A DNA stretch of 63,751 nt, filler included, from Lama guanicoe (GCA_013239625.1; 204 parts of 204 records of this genome joined end to end with filler, not necessarily neighbours in it); one strand, 5' to 3'. Shown: positions 10,543 through 22,849, numbered from the whole stretch's first letter. Numbers and translations: made by a program. Notes: a model not told the origin generated them from the sequence alone.

Positions 10543-13500
10543 NNNNNNNNNNNNNNNNNNNNNNNNNNNNNNNNNNNNNNNNNNNNTTAATTAATTAANN
10601 NNNNNNNNNNNNNNNNNNNNNNNNNNNNNNNNNNNNNNNNNNGAATACCTCTAGCTCAGAGCAGAGGGAAAGAAAGTCAATACACACATAATTTGACTTG
10701 AGGCCCCATCCATTATCAGGTTTAGATATCTTCGTCATCATCCCCAATCCCTGATAGGCCTGAACTGTTTCCCTACTGAGTCACTTAATAAGCCAGACTA
10801 CAAAGATTGAGAAATTACTCCATGAGAGTCCCATTAATATATAGGATTTCTGAGANNNNNNNNNNNNNNNNNNNNNNNNNNNNNNNNNNNNNNNNNNNNT
10901 TAATTAATTAANNNNNNNNNNNNNNNNNNNNNNNNNNNNNNNNNNNNNNNNNNNNTAGGAGGTGCCCAAAGCAACATGCTGACCCAGAGCTGACAAATGC
11001 CTCTCAGCTTTGTGATGAAACATGGATTGATCCTGCTCTTATGAAAGCTGTAGTGGGGCTACCAGACTTAGGCCTTAAGGTCACTACTTTATTTGTTCTA
11101 GTCACACAATCTTAGGGTGGGGATTAGTGGAAGACACATGACTTTCCTGGGGTACGAATTTAAGAAGANNNNNNNNNNNNNNNNNNNNNNNNNNNNNNNN
11201 NNNNNNNNNNNNTTAATTAATTAANNNNNNNNNNNNNNNNNNNNNNNNNNNNNNNNNNNNNNNNNNNNCACTCACTGCTAGAAAACAGCACTTCAGAATG
11301 GTAACAAAGGCTAAGTAATGTCTTAGTGTCGTTATAGCAAGTTTTCAACTCATAGGAAACCTGGAAGCGTCTCCGGGCCTCCCAGGTCAAGACTATAAAT
11401 AGACCACACTCCAGTGTCATCTGGAATTCCTCAAAAATTTCAGTGGGCCCCTGGGTAACGGAACATTCTCTCACTCTTCTGNNNNNNNNNNNNNNNNNNN
11501 NNNNNNNNNNNNNNNNNNNNNNNNNTTAATTAATTAANNNNNNNNNNNNNNNNNNNNNNNNNNNNNNNNNNNNNNNNNNNNCCCCCCAGAGCTCATCCAG
11601 GCCCTGGGGAGTCTCAGGGTTACTTGCCTAACGTGGAACCCTGACTCACTGGCAGCACTTGCAGCCAAGCAGATAGGTATTCGGCCCAGTGAGGCAGCGA
11701 GGTTTTTGAGAACTCCACAGTTTTGAGGGGTGGAAAAAACAGAGATACTGGGGTCACAGTCCTCGGTGCCAGGAGCAGACCCACACCTATAGGCNNNNNN
11801 NNNNNNNNNNNNNNNNNNNNNNNNNNNNNNNNNNNNNNTTAATTAATTAANNNNNNNNNNNNNNNNNNNNNNNNNNNNNNNNNNNNNNNNNNNNTTTTTT
11901 TTTCTCCCTGGAAAACATTACAGCAATTACCATATTGTGGGGCGGCATGATCAGGTGCGAATTAGCATATAGATTAGTTCTGGGGGGCAGGGAGCAGGAG
12001 AGGTGGACTAAGATCTTTAAAACCGTGTATAGTTATGTCACACAAAGAGGATCCTGCAGAAACTGTCCTGGTCCGGGTTTGCCCAACCCAGGGTGCATGT
12101 CCTCCGANNNNNNNNNNNNNNNNNNNNNNNNNNNNNNNNNNNNNNNNNNNNTTAATTAATTAANNNNNNNNNNNNNNNNNNNNNNNNNNNNNNNNNNNNN
12201 NNNNNNNCCCCACCCCCGCCTCCCTCTGCCCCTTGCTCTCCCTTTTCTAATATGAGGCTGCACCGCCAGCTCGTCCAAGTCTGTTTTCCTGGCATTAATT
12301 AACACAGCTCTCCAGCCTCCAACAGGCTAAATGATGAATCAGGTTAAATTCCAGACAACAGCCGCACACCGCCATCAATTAGCCATCTCCGGGGCAGCTT
12401 CATTAATAAGCATCGATCATNNNNNNNNNNNNNNNNNNNNNNNNNNNNNNNNNNNNNNNNNNNNTTAATTAATTAANNNNNNNNNNNNNNNNNNNNNNNN
12501 NNNNNNNNNNNNNNNNNNNNGCAGAAGGTAGGTGTTTTAACCCCGGGAACCTGACTTGCACTAGTAACAGCAAATACCGCAGGGACCTGGGGCCGGGAGC
12601 AGCCCCCAGCAAGTCTGTCTGAGGGGACACGCAGGCGTCAAGAAGGCGGAGGGTTGCCTCGGGCCTCGGCTTTTGCCTGGGCAGCGTAGATCGCTCTGTC
12701 TCGTCTCTTGAGTCAGCTGAGGACACACTCCGCNNNNNNNNNNNNNNNNNNNNNNNNNNNNNNNNNNNNNNNNNNNNTTAATTAATTAANNNNNNNNNNN
12801 NNNNNNNNNNNNNNNNNNNNNNNNNNNNNNNNNCTGATTGCCAGCCAAGGCCAAACTGGCTTGTGGGAGATTTTCCTGTGGATGCTGTTTTGTTTTGCGG
12901 CTGCACTCTTGGAGAGAAGAGGGGCACGCTGGTTTTGTTTTGTGTTGTAGGATTTTTTTTCTCCACCCCTCCAACTTTGCTGAATGACTGTTCCTCTGTT
13001 GTGATGCATGAGATGTAAATCCCCCAAAGACCCGTTGCCAGGGTGANNNNNNNNNNNNNNNNNNNNNNNNNNNNNNNNNNNNNNNNNNNNTTAATTAATT
13101 AANNNNNNNNNNNNNNNNNNNNNNNNNNNNNNNNNNNNNNNNNNNNGTGGGGCTGTCGGGCCCAACCAACTCCAGGAAACCTCATTAATTTCCAAATGAG
13201 AAATGATTTCATTTCTCAGCCATCGTCTGGGGGCAATGCTGTGCAGGGAACAGATCTTACCGAGCCAGGTTCCCACACCAGCTGCTGTGCATCCTTGCCC
13301 AAGAATTTTCCTTAAGAAAGGAGGGAACGAAGGAGGGGAGGGAGGGAGGGAAGGAGGAANNNNNNNNNNNNNNNNNNNNNNNNNNNNNNNNNNNNNNNNN
13401 NNNTTAATTAATTAANNNNNNNNNNNNNNNNNNNNNNNNNNNNNNNNNNNNNNNNNNNNAACACTTACTCTGGTTTCTCAGTCTGTATCCTAGTGCCGGT

Positions 13501-14085
13501 TTGAAGTTTCTATAGTTTCACTGTAAAACCAACTTGGAGCTAGAACTTCCCCATATATATGTATGTAGTGTAGTTTCCAACTGAAAAGAAACTTTGTGTC
13601 CCCAGCAAGCTAGGTGAAGCACGGCTTTCAAACACAATTATCTCTGAGAACTGGGCATGTGGGGAGACATTCNNNNNNNNNNNNNNNNNNNNNNNNNNNN
13701 NNNNNNNNNNNNNNNNTTAATTAATTAANNNNNNNNNNNNNNNNNNNNNNNNNNNNNNNNNNNNNNNNNNNNATGGTTGTGACTATCTACATAATGTTTA
13801 GTGCCGAGTCCACAGTATACCATGAATATATTTCCTTTCTTAATAACTTCGTGTCCCCTGGAATTAATTATAACTTGGTCTGTGTTTGCTTCCTTTTCTA
13901 TTTTCCTATCACAAATTCTTCCCCAAACCGGCTGACACGACTAATGAACTCCTCCCTACAGAAAGCCATCAGGTCACTCCTCAGCNNNNNNNNNNNNNNN
14001 NNNNNNNNNNNNNNNNNNNNNNNNNNNNNTTAATTAATTAANNNNNNNNNNNNNNNNNNNNNNNNNNNNNNNNNNNNNNNNNNNN

Positions 14086-14298
14086 TGTGGATGGCTTATT
14101 TCACTTAGCATACAGTGTTCTCAAGGTTCATCCACGTTGTAACCTGTGTCAAAATTCCTTTCCTTTTTGAAACAGAATAGTATTCCATTGTATATGTATT
14201 CTGCTTTTTGTTTATTCACCAGTCTATCAACGCTTGAGTTGCTTCCACATTTTTGCTATTATGAAAATGCTGCTATGAACATGGGTGTATGAATACCT
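14086..14298 (-). mobile_element. L1MB-type ORF2 end/3' UTR fragment
   Basis: ggcttatttcacttagcata...tcaaggttcatccacgttgt...gaatagtattccattgtat...tgctgctatgaacatggg. Confidence 0.9.
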
Positions 14299-14398
14299 NN
14301 NNNNNNNNNNNNNNNNNNNNNNNNNNNNNNNNNNNNNNNNNNTTAATTAATTAANNNNNNNNNNNNNNNNNNNNNNNNNNNNNNNNNNNNNNNNNNNN

Positions 14399-14558
14399 GG
14401 ACTCACCCAGAAAATCCAGGGTCAAGTCCTTCTCTTAGAACCCTTAATGTAATCATCTGGCAGCCCCCTTGGCTGTGTACGGGAACATACTCCCAGGTTC
14501 CGGGGACTAGAATGTGGGCATCGTTGGAGCAGGGAGGGGCTTGAATCTGCCCACCACA
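14399..14558 (-). mobile_element. MLT1 (MaLR) LTR 5' end
   Basis: cacccagaaaatccagg...ccttaatgtaatcatctg...caggttccggggactagaatgtgggcatc...ctgcccaccaca. Confidence 0.8.
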
Positions 14559-15024
14559 CGGGTGTTTCCTAACATTCTGTCACCTACTCATGGAGGGACT
14601 CCTGAATCTCANNNNNNNNNNNNNNNNNNNNNNNNNNNNNNNNNNNNNNNNNNNNTTAATTAATTAANNNNNNNNNNNNNNNNNNNNNNNNNNNNNNNNN
14701 NNNNNNNNNNNTAACTTGTCAAAGGTTCACGAATAATAAATGGCAGGTCCCAGAGGTAACTCCTGGACTAGTTAAGCGCGTGCACTTCAGCTGAAGTTTT
14801 CGTGAAAGTGAGGAACTAGCCACCAAGGGAAAGCAAGCGCCAAGGTCTCCTCAGGAGCACGAGGAGGAGGAGAGGCATGAACAGGGGCCCTGATGCTGAA
14901 GAGCCGACCACTCAGCTCCTCACCNNNNNNNNNNNNNNNNNNNNNNNNNNNNNNNNNNNNNNNNNNNNTTAATTAATTAANNNNNNNNNNNNNNNNNNNN
15001 NNNNNNNNNNNNNNNNNNNNNNNN

Positions 15025-15237
15025 AATGAAATCAGCCTCTGGAAGAGATGTCTGCCCCCCCGGGTTCACTGCAAACCGATTCACAAAAGTCAAGTCAAGG
15101 GAACAACCTACGTGTCTGCTGACTGATAAACAAAGAAATGTGGTGTGCATATGGAATATGAAATGCAATATTGTTCAGCCACAAAAAAGAAGGAAAGCCT
15201 GCCATTTGCAAGAACAGAAATGAAACTTGAGGACATT
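15025..15237 (+). mobile_element. L1 ORF2 C-terminal fragment
   Basis: aacaacctacgtgtc...aaagaaatgtggt...ttcagccacaaaaaagaaggaaagcctgccatttgca...aacttgaggacatt. Confidence 0.85.
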
Positions 15238-15337
15238 NNNNNNNNNNNNNNNNNNNNNNNNNNNNNNNNNNNNNNNNNNNNTTAATTAATTAANNNNNNN
15301 NNNNNNNNNNNNNNNNNNNNNNNNNNNNNNNNNNNNN

Positions 15338-15550
15338 CTGCCCTTAATCGTGGGCTCATACCCGGCCACCATGGCTATTCTATTTGTGGTCACATTGTGC
15401 CAGCCCTGTGGTATCCAGTCACTGAGGTTGGCTGGTGTCAACTCGACAAGTTGTCAGGTCTGTTTGGTTGATAGTACCTTTTGGTTATTGGTGTTCTCTG
15501 GGGTTATTAGCGCGTGATTCAAAGATCTTTATTGTTGGTTCCTCCTCCCA
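15338..15550 (-). mobile_element. ERVL-class internal pol fragment (RNase H/integrase boundary), decayed
   Basis: Minus-strand translation IKIFESRAN...NQTDLTTCRVDTSQP...LAQCDHK*NSHGGR resembles ERVL VKIFVSHVN...NQVDRMTRSVDTSQP...IAQWAHEQSGHGGR. Confidence 0.7.
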
Positions 15551-16902
15551 NNNNNNNNNNNNNNNNNNNNNNNNNNNNNNNNNNNNNNNNNNNNTTAATT
15601 AATTAANNNNNNNNNNNNNNNNNNNNNNNNNNNNNNNNNNNNNNNNNNNNAATTTCCTCTTAATGGTCTACTTGATCTTCAGTACTTCAGCCATCCCGGT
15701 GGTTATATAAGCCTCCACTGCACTGTATTAAATACATTTCTCTCTGGAATACCTTTACAGGTTATTTTTTTCCTGACTCAACCTTGAATAATGTAATAAG
15801 TAAAAGATACCCATTAGAACAGGGGAAAACTAGGAAAAATGAAGAAATCTATTCTCATTGGGTNNNNNNNNNNNNNNNNNNNNNNNNNNNNNNNNNNNNN
15901 NNNNNNNTTAATTAATTAANNNNNNNNNNNNNNNNNNNNNNNNNNNNNNNNNNNNNNNNNNNNTTTACTTTTCTCATTGCAATGATTTTTGATAGTATGT
16001 AGTTTTATCCTGGTTTTATTAAGTTTTATTCAAAATTAATTAGAAATTGAATTTAAAAAAATTTTTTTAAATATCAGAGTACCTGAATTGTTCTTTTCTT
16101 TTCTTTTGCCAATATATTATTAATTTGTATTTCCTTTTATTTTTTACAATGTGATCAAAAGAGGTGAACTTGCGTANNNNNNNNNNNNNNNNNNNNNNNN
16201 NNNNNNNNNNNNNNNNNNNNTTAATTAATTAANNNNNNNNNNNNNNNNNNNNNNNNNNNNNNNNNNNNNNNNNNNNCATTGTTTCTAATAATTCGAATAA
16301 AATGAGAAACAACTGAAATGCTCAATTTGTTAAACAAATTATGATTATTCTGTGCCATTTTACTATGAAATTATTTTAAAATGATACATAGTGCTATCTT
16401 GTTGTTGCACGATATCTCCAGCATAGTAAAAAATCAGTTTATAAAATAATCCCATTTTTGCAATTGTATACCTCTGTATCTCTAGGTTANNNNNNNNNNN
16501 NNNNNNNNNNNNNNNNNNNNNNNNNNNNNNNNNTTAATTAATTAANNNNNNNNNNNNNNNNNNNNNNNNNNNNNNNNNNNNNNNNNNNNCAGAGCACATT
16601 ATCAGCCTTAGCTTGTTAACTTCTCTTAACAATACTCTCTGTAACCCTCCAGTTACAGAGACACAGAGATAGAATAAGATCTGAAGATTCTAAAACCTGT
16701 GTATTTCTCATGAGCACAGTGTCAAAGGCTGTAGCTGTCTCTAACCTTAGCATTCTATCTACATGATTCCTCAACTAAGCTCACATTTTACCAAAGAATG
16801 TTNNNNNNNNNNNNNNNNNNNNNNNNNNNNNNNNNNNNNNNNNNNNTTAATTAATTAANNNNNNNNNNNNNNNNNNNNNNNNNNNNNNNNNNNNNNNNNN
16901 NN

Positions 16903-17115
16903 ACTGAAGTGTGAAGGTGAGAAAAGATCAGGGACAAAGGGACTAAAGACACTGAGAATAGTAGGGAGGGCCCTGTGACAACCCCAAGTGCTGATCGATC
17001 AATGAGGGACTGAACTAGCTTCCAGACAGCAGGAATAGCTAGGAGCCAGGTCAAATGACGAGAATGTAAAAGTGTGTATCAGTTTCGGTAACCAGGAGGT
17101 CATTAGTGACTTAGG
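16903..17115. repeat. Copy A of a near-identical contig pair (L2-like sequence)
   Basis: 208/213 identical to 17842-18054; the ending aaccaggaggtcattagtgactt resembles antisense L2. Confidence 0.95.
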
Positions 17116-17528
17116 NNNNNNNNNNNNNNNNNNNNNNNNNNNNNNNNNNNNNNNNNNNNTTAATTAATTAANNNNNNNNNNNNNNNNNNNNNNNNNNNNN
17201 NNNNNNNNNNNNNNNGCTGTTCGTGCTGTCATATCATCACAGAAGAAACTGACCCATAAAAGCAGAGGAAAGAGGGAAACAGAGAAACAGGATTTCATGC
17301 AAGTGACTGAGGAGCGAACTGGAGGTAAAAAACCAGAGGGGGGAGATGTCAGAAACCACGGAAGAGAGCATTTCAGGAAGGAAATCTGGTGGCTTTTTAA
17401 AGAGGTTCTTTGCTTTGGCCTTAAGAAGNNNNNNNNNNNNNNNNNNNNNNNNNNNNNNNNNNNNNNNNNNNNTTAATTAATTAANNNNNNNNNNNNNNNN
17501 NNNNNNNNNNNNNNNNNNNNNNNNNNNN

Positions 17529-17741
17529 ATTGCGTAATGGGGCCGGTGCGCCAGCAGCTACGCCATCGGCGCGGCGCGGGGGCGGGGAGGCCGGGGCGAC
17601 GCGGGCTCAGGCCTGCGGGCCTCCCGCGTCCCCGCGCCACTCGCGCCGGGCCCGGGCCTCCTGCGCCGTTGGCGTCGGGGCAGCAGGACGGCTCGCGGGC
17701 GCCCCACAGTTGGCGCCGTCGTCCCCTGTCTCCAGTCGGTC
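17529..17741. promoter_or_regulatory. CpG island fragment
   Basis: Very high GC and dense CpG, with a GGGGCGGGG box and ATTGCGTAAT (C/EBP-like) at the start. Confidence 0.7.
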
Positions 17742-17841
17742 NNNNNNNNNNNNNNNNNNNNNNNNNNNNNNNNNNNNNNNNNNNNTTAATTAATTAANNN
17801 NNNNNNNNNNNNNNNNNNNNNNNNNNNNNNNNNNNNNNNNN

Positions 17842-18054
17842 ACTGAAGTGTGAAGGTGAGAAAAGATCAGGGACAAAGGGACTAAAGACAATGAGAATAG
17901 TAGGGAGGACCCTGTGACAACCCCAAGTGCTGATCGATCAATCAGGGACTGAACTAGCTTCCAGACAGCAGGAATAGCTAGGAGCCAGGTCAGATGACGA
18001 GAATTTAAAAGTGTGTATCAGTTTCGGTAACCAGGAGGTCATTAGTGACTTAGG
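17842..18054. repeat. Copy B of a near-identical contig pair (L2-like sequence)
   Basis: Differs from 16903-17115 only at offsets 50, 68, 102, 152 and 164. Confidence 0.95.
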
Positions 18055-18467
18055 NNNNNNNNNNNNNNNNNNNNNNNNNNNNNNNNNNNNNNNNNNNNTT
18101 AATTAATTAANNNNNNNNNNNNNNNNNNNNNNNNNNNNNNNNNNNNNNNNNNNNTGAGACTTATTGTCAGGCTGAGCAGCAAACATGAAAATTGCCTCTA
18201 CCCATTCTGGGGGGACAGGCTCTTGTAGAATACGCAAATGTGCAAATATGCAAATATGCAAATTGTAAACACATCACCTTAAAGAGTGCTTCCACAGAAA
18301 GGCTTGTACAAGTTTCAATTGATTTTTGCCACTTGTTTCCGCTACAGGTAAATCCTATTTCTCCACGNNNNNNNNNNNNNNNNNNNNNNNNNNNNNNNNN
18401 NNNNNNNNNNNTTAATTAATTAANNNNNNNNNNNNNNNNNNNNNNNNNNNNNNNNNNNNNNNNNNNN

Positions 18468-18680
18468 GAGTTCTAGGAGTTTTGAAAAAATGCACAGCAT
18501 CATGTATTCACCAGTATGATACGCACAGAAAAATTTCACAGCCCCCAAATCCTCTGTGCTTCACCTGGTTAACCCTCCCACCTCCTTAAGTCCCTGACCA
18601 CCGCTCATGTATTTTCTGTCTCTCTGCTTCTGTCTTGTCAGTATTTCACATGAAGAGGATCACACAGCACACATCCTTCT
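18468..18680 (-). mobile_element. L1MC/MD-type 3' UTR fragment
   Basis: gttttgaaaaaatgca...cacagaaaaatttcacagcccccaaatcctctgtgct...tccctgaccaccgctcat. Confidence 0.7.
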
Positions 18681-18780
18681 NNNNNNNNNNNNNNNNNNNN
18701 NNNNNNNNNNNNNNNNNNNNNNNNTTAATTAATTAANNNNNNNNNNNNNNNNNNNNNNNNNNNNNNNNNNNNNNNNNNNN

Positions 18781-18953
18781 GTCACTGGTCTAAGAGCTTC
18801 TCTTCTGGGATGTAGCTCAATTTCCGGGCCACGGTATTGACTTTCAGCTTCAGAAAGTTGCGGAGGAAGCACCTCGCCATTATCTTTTGGGTCAGACACC
18901 TCAAGATTCATTGTGTCCTGTGAATGAAACCACTCATCTCTTACTCTTTGAAC
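18781..18953 (-). pseudogene. ANKRD26/CCDC144-family coiled-coil fragment, probably pseudogenic
   Basis: QRVRDEWFHSQDTMNLEVSDPKDNGEVLPPQLSEAESQYRGPEIELHPRREALR aligns without gaps to ANKRD26 as recalled (QRARDECSRLQDKMNFDVSNLKDNNEILSQQLFKTESKLNSLEIEFHHTRDALR). There is an in-frame TAA shortly upstream. Confidence 0.8.
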
Positions 18954-19454
18954 TGTACTCAATAAGCTGACATATTACAATTTCCTTTGAAGTNNNNNNN
19001 NNNNNNNNNNNNNNNNNNNNNNNNNNNNNNNNNNNNNTTAATTAATTAANNNNNNNNNNNNNNNNNNNNNNNNNNNNNNNNNNNNNNNNNNNNTTATGTT
19101 TAGTATCTTGTTTTGCAATTTCCTTGAAGACTTCTGGAATGAGGACTGTTCTCCCCTGGTGATTTATAGGATTAAAACCCAGCACTGAAACCCCCTCTTT
19201 AAATTTACCAGGCTTCCTATTAAATGCCACCACACCACACGCCCTAGAGCCAAGGGCTTGTGAAAGAGACACTTCTGCAAGAAATCTGCGCTTCCCACTG
19301 CACCTTNNNNNNNNNNNNNNNNNNNNNNNNNNNNNNNNNNNNNNNNNNNNTTAATTAATTAANNNNNNNNNNNNNNNNNNNNNNNNNNNNNNNNNNNNNN
19401 NNNNNNGTTCTTCTCTCCTGACTCTACTTAACTGAGGTTTCTGTTTGGTTCCTT

Positions 19455-19503
19455 TGTCTGTCTGTCTGTCTGTCTGTCTTTCTTTCTTTCTTTCTCTCTC
19501 TCT
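19455..19503. repeat. Compound microsatellite (TGTC)n(TTTC)n(TC)n
   Basis: Directly visible. Confidence 0.9.
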
Positions 19504-20345
19504 TTTTTAACATGAAGATAATTAAATTATACAGGCATAATGTGAGTTTGTGTTTCTAAATTCAAAAATTAGTTGCCCATACAGACACCGTATCTGTAGC
19601 TTTAAAGAGCTGGTTTGATNNNNNNNNNNNNNNNNNNNNNNNNNNNNNNNNNNNNNNNNNNNNTTAATTAATTAANNNNNNNNNNNNNNNNNNNNNNNNN
19701 NNNNNNNNNNNNNNNNNNNTCCCTGATCTCCCCCTCTGGCTGTAGAGGAGGCAGGGAGCCTGGCGGAGAAGTTCTCAAAGGCTGAGGGAAATCTCTGCAG
19801 CCCATCCCTCAGCGGGGAGCTCCCCAGCCCTCCCCCAAGGCAGTCACCAGACTGCCACCCCTCTCCAAGGAGGCCGACGTGCTGGGAGCAGACAGGGTCT
19901 CACCCAGACTGCAGTCAGTCCCGCCCGGCTCCNNNNNNNNNNNNNNNNNNNNNNNNNNNNNNNNNNNNNNNNNNNNTTAATTAATTAANNNNNNNNNNNN
20001 NNNNNNNNNNNNNNNNNNNNNNNNNNNNNNNNGGAGTGTATTTCTTTTCTGCAGGAAAAAAAAAATCGTGGTTTTTAGAAATTGGTAGGAAGGAAGGATG
20101 CAGTGGAAGACAATTGGTGTTGATACTGCAGGAAGACATAATCATGTTTCGTGACCCCTCTGCCTGTGTAAGCAACTTGAGTCAGCAAAAATCAGTGTGT
20201 CAGCACCAGGTAGAGGCCCGATCATGCATGATCCTGTGAAAGAAANNNNNNNNNNNNNNNNNNNNNNNNNNNNNNNNNNNNNNNNNNNNTTAATTAATTA
20301 ANNNNNNNNNNNNNNNNNNNNNNNNNNNNNNNNNNNNNNNNNNNN

Positions 20346-20558
20346 TAGCATGCAATCTTTACAGCAACTACTTAAAACACAATACAAAGAGATACACTCA
20401 AAAACACTACAGATAAATTAAAGCAGAATTTTAAAAAAATGCTCAAGTGGCCCACAGGAAGGCGGGAAAGGAGAAATAGAGGAATAAAAAACAAAGTGAA
20501 AAAATAGACAATAAAGAGTAAAATGGCAGGCTTAACTGTTAACATATGAATAATTGTG
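20346..20558 (+). mobile_element. Old L1 inter-ORF region and ORF2 start
   Basis: cccacaggaaggc...aaaatggcaggcttaactgttaacatatgaataatt resembles the L1M ORF2 start. Confidence 0.7.
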
Positions 20559-20971
20559 NNNNNNNNNNNNNNNNNNNNNNNNNNNNNNNNNNNNNNNNNN
20601 NNTTAATTAATTAANNNNNNNNNNNNNNNNNNNNNNNNNNNNNNNNNNNNNNNNNNNNGATGCTTGTGTTTTAATCTCCCGTACATCTTAACGTACACCT
20701 TTACTTTACAGCTCAGCGTCCTTTCACTCCTGGGAATCGGGAAACAACAAGGCCAAGACATCGTTGCCAAGCTCACAGTCAAGTCCAGGCCACAAATGGG
20801 GTCTCTGGGCACTCGGCCCAGAGTTACCATTTCTCTCACTCTGGAATGAAACAAGATAGGTACTGTGGGAANNNNNNNNNNNNNNNNNNNNNNNNNNNNN
20901 NNNNNNNNNNNNNNNTTAATTAATTAANNNNNNNNNNNNNNNNNNNNNNNNNNNNNNNNNNNNNNNNNNNN

Positions 20972-21184
20972 TCTACCCCAAATCTGTTCACTTTCTCTCT
21001 CCCACAGTCTGTGTCACTACCCTACTCAATGAAGCCACAAGCACTTCTGCCCCCGAGAATTCCACCATGTTCCTAAGTGGTGTCCCTGACTCTACTTGTG
21101 AACCTTTGGAATCCAGTCTGCAAGCTGTAGCTAGGATTATTTAAAAAAATAAATAAACAAACTGACTCTCCTTATAACCTCTCA
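20972..21184 (+). mobile_element. L2 fragment
   Basis: aatctgttcactttctct...cactaccctactc...agccac...ttcctaagtggtgtccctgactc. Confidence 0.65.
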
Positions 21185-21304
21185 NNNNNNNNNNNNNNNN
21201 NNNNNNNNNNNNNNNNNNNNNNNNNNNNTTAATTAATTAANNNNNNNNNNNNNNNNNNNNNNNNNNNNNNNNNNNNNNNNNNNNAAATCTTTTTGCAATA
21301 GAAA

Positions 21305-21497
21305 TAGTAAAGATCACTGATCACAGATCACCACGACAAATACAATGATAATGAAAAAGTTTTAAATGTGGTGAGAATTACCCAGGTGTGACACAGACAC
21401 CCGGTGAGCAAACATTGTTGGAAAAATGGCACTAAGAGACTTGCTCACCGCGGGGTTGCCACAAACCTTCAATTTGTAAAAAACACAGTATCTGTGA
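21305..21497 (-). mobile_element. Tigger1 terminal region
   Basis: aaagatcactgatcacagatcacc...tgttggaaaaatggc...gggttgccacaaaccttcaatttgtaaaaaac matches Tigger1. Confidence 0.92.
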
Positions 21498-22849
21498 NNN
21501 NNNNNNNNNNNNNNNNNNNNNNNNNNNNNNNNNNNNNNNNNTTAATTAATTAANNNNNNNNNNNNNNNNNNNNNNNNNNNNNNNNNNNNNNNNNNNNCTT
21601 ACATAAAAAATAACATAGTTTGCAAACTTTTCTCCAGTATGCTTTCTCCATTAAATTAAAAATTCTAGAGATCCCTTTAGAGTGATACACAGAGAGCTTT
21701 CATATCTTTTCTGTGCTGTGTGGTCTTCCAGGGTGCTTATTCCTCTGCTACTCTACATCCAGCTGGTCTCTAGGCTTTTACTATTAGAAAGACTGGCATG
21801 CAGTGTCGAANNNNNNNNNNNNNNNNNNNNNNNNNNNNNNNNNNNNNNNNNNNNTTAATTAATTAANNNNNNNNNNNNNNNNNNNNNNNNNNNNNNNNNN
21901 NNNNNNNNNNACAAATGGCATTAGTAGCTGTAAATTTAGCCAATCCCTTTAAGAAGAGCCAGGCATTAGAGGCATTACCTCCTCCGATGACCTGCAAACG
22001 AGATGAGATGCTTCTGCTCTGCCGCCTGCCAGCCCTTCTCTGGGAAATCCATCATTCCAGGCCCTCAAAGGGCAGCCCTTCACCTGTCATCAGACCCTTT
22101 CCCCTCAGGCCCTCAGCATGCAANNNNNNNNNNNNNNNNNNNNNNNNNNNNNNNNNNNNNNNNNNNNTTAATTAATTAANNNNNNNNNNNNNNNNNNNNN
22201 NNNNNNNNNNNNNNNNNNNNNNNCTTATCTGTGCCAATGGGAACCCAAGGCCCTCAGGTTGTCAGATTTTTTCCCTGATGGTGATCCTTGCAGTGGGTGG
22301 CATGTGTTTGTCTGGAGTGGAGATGTCTTATGGGTCTGAGAAACAGCCGAGAGAGCCAGACAGGGCTCTGAGGCCTCTGCCTGTCCGCTGGGCACTGTGT
22401 TTGCAGGACTCCACACAGGAGATGGGACAGGGCCTGNNNNNNNNNNNNNNNNNNNNNNNNNNNNNNNNNNNNNNNNNNNNTTAATTAATTAANNNNNNNN
22501 NNNNNNNNNNNNNNNNNNNNNNNNNNNNNNNNNNNNGGTGCCAGACCCTAGACATGTAACTGTCTGGGAACAGTGGAGCTAGGATGTAAAGCAACGTCTG
22601 GTTGATTGCAAAACCTTATTCTCATTCCTTAGGAGAAAGTGGATTGCCTTTTTGCACATTTCCTATTTCAGAAGGTTCCTCGCTGTCTCAGCCAGGCCAT
22701 CCTAGGTTATACCTACGCCAGGTGCAAACAACCTTCAAATTTCAGAGGCNNNNNNNNNNNNNNNNNNNNNNNNNNNNNNNNNNNNNNNNNNNNTTAATTA
22801 ATTAANNNNNNNNNNNNNNNNNNNNNNNNNNNNNNNNNNNNNNNNNNNN

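Noticed and set aside
13197..13218. Perfect inverted repeat TGAGAAATGA-TT-TCATTTCTCA
   Set aside because: Short and isolated, with no associated element.
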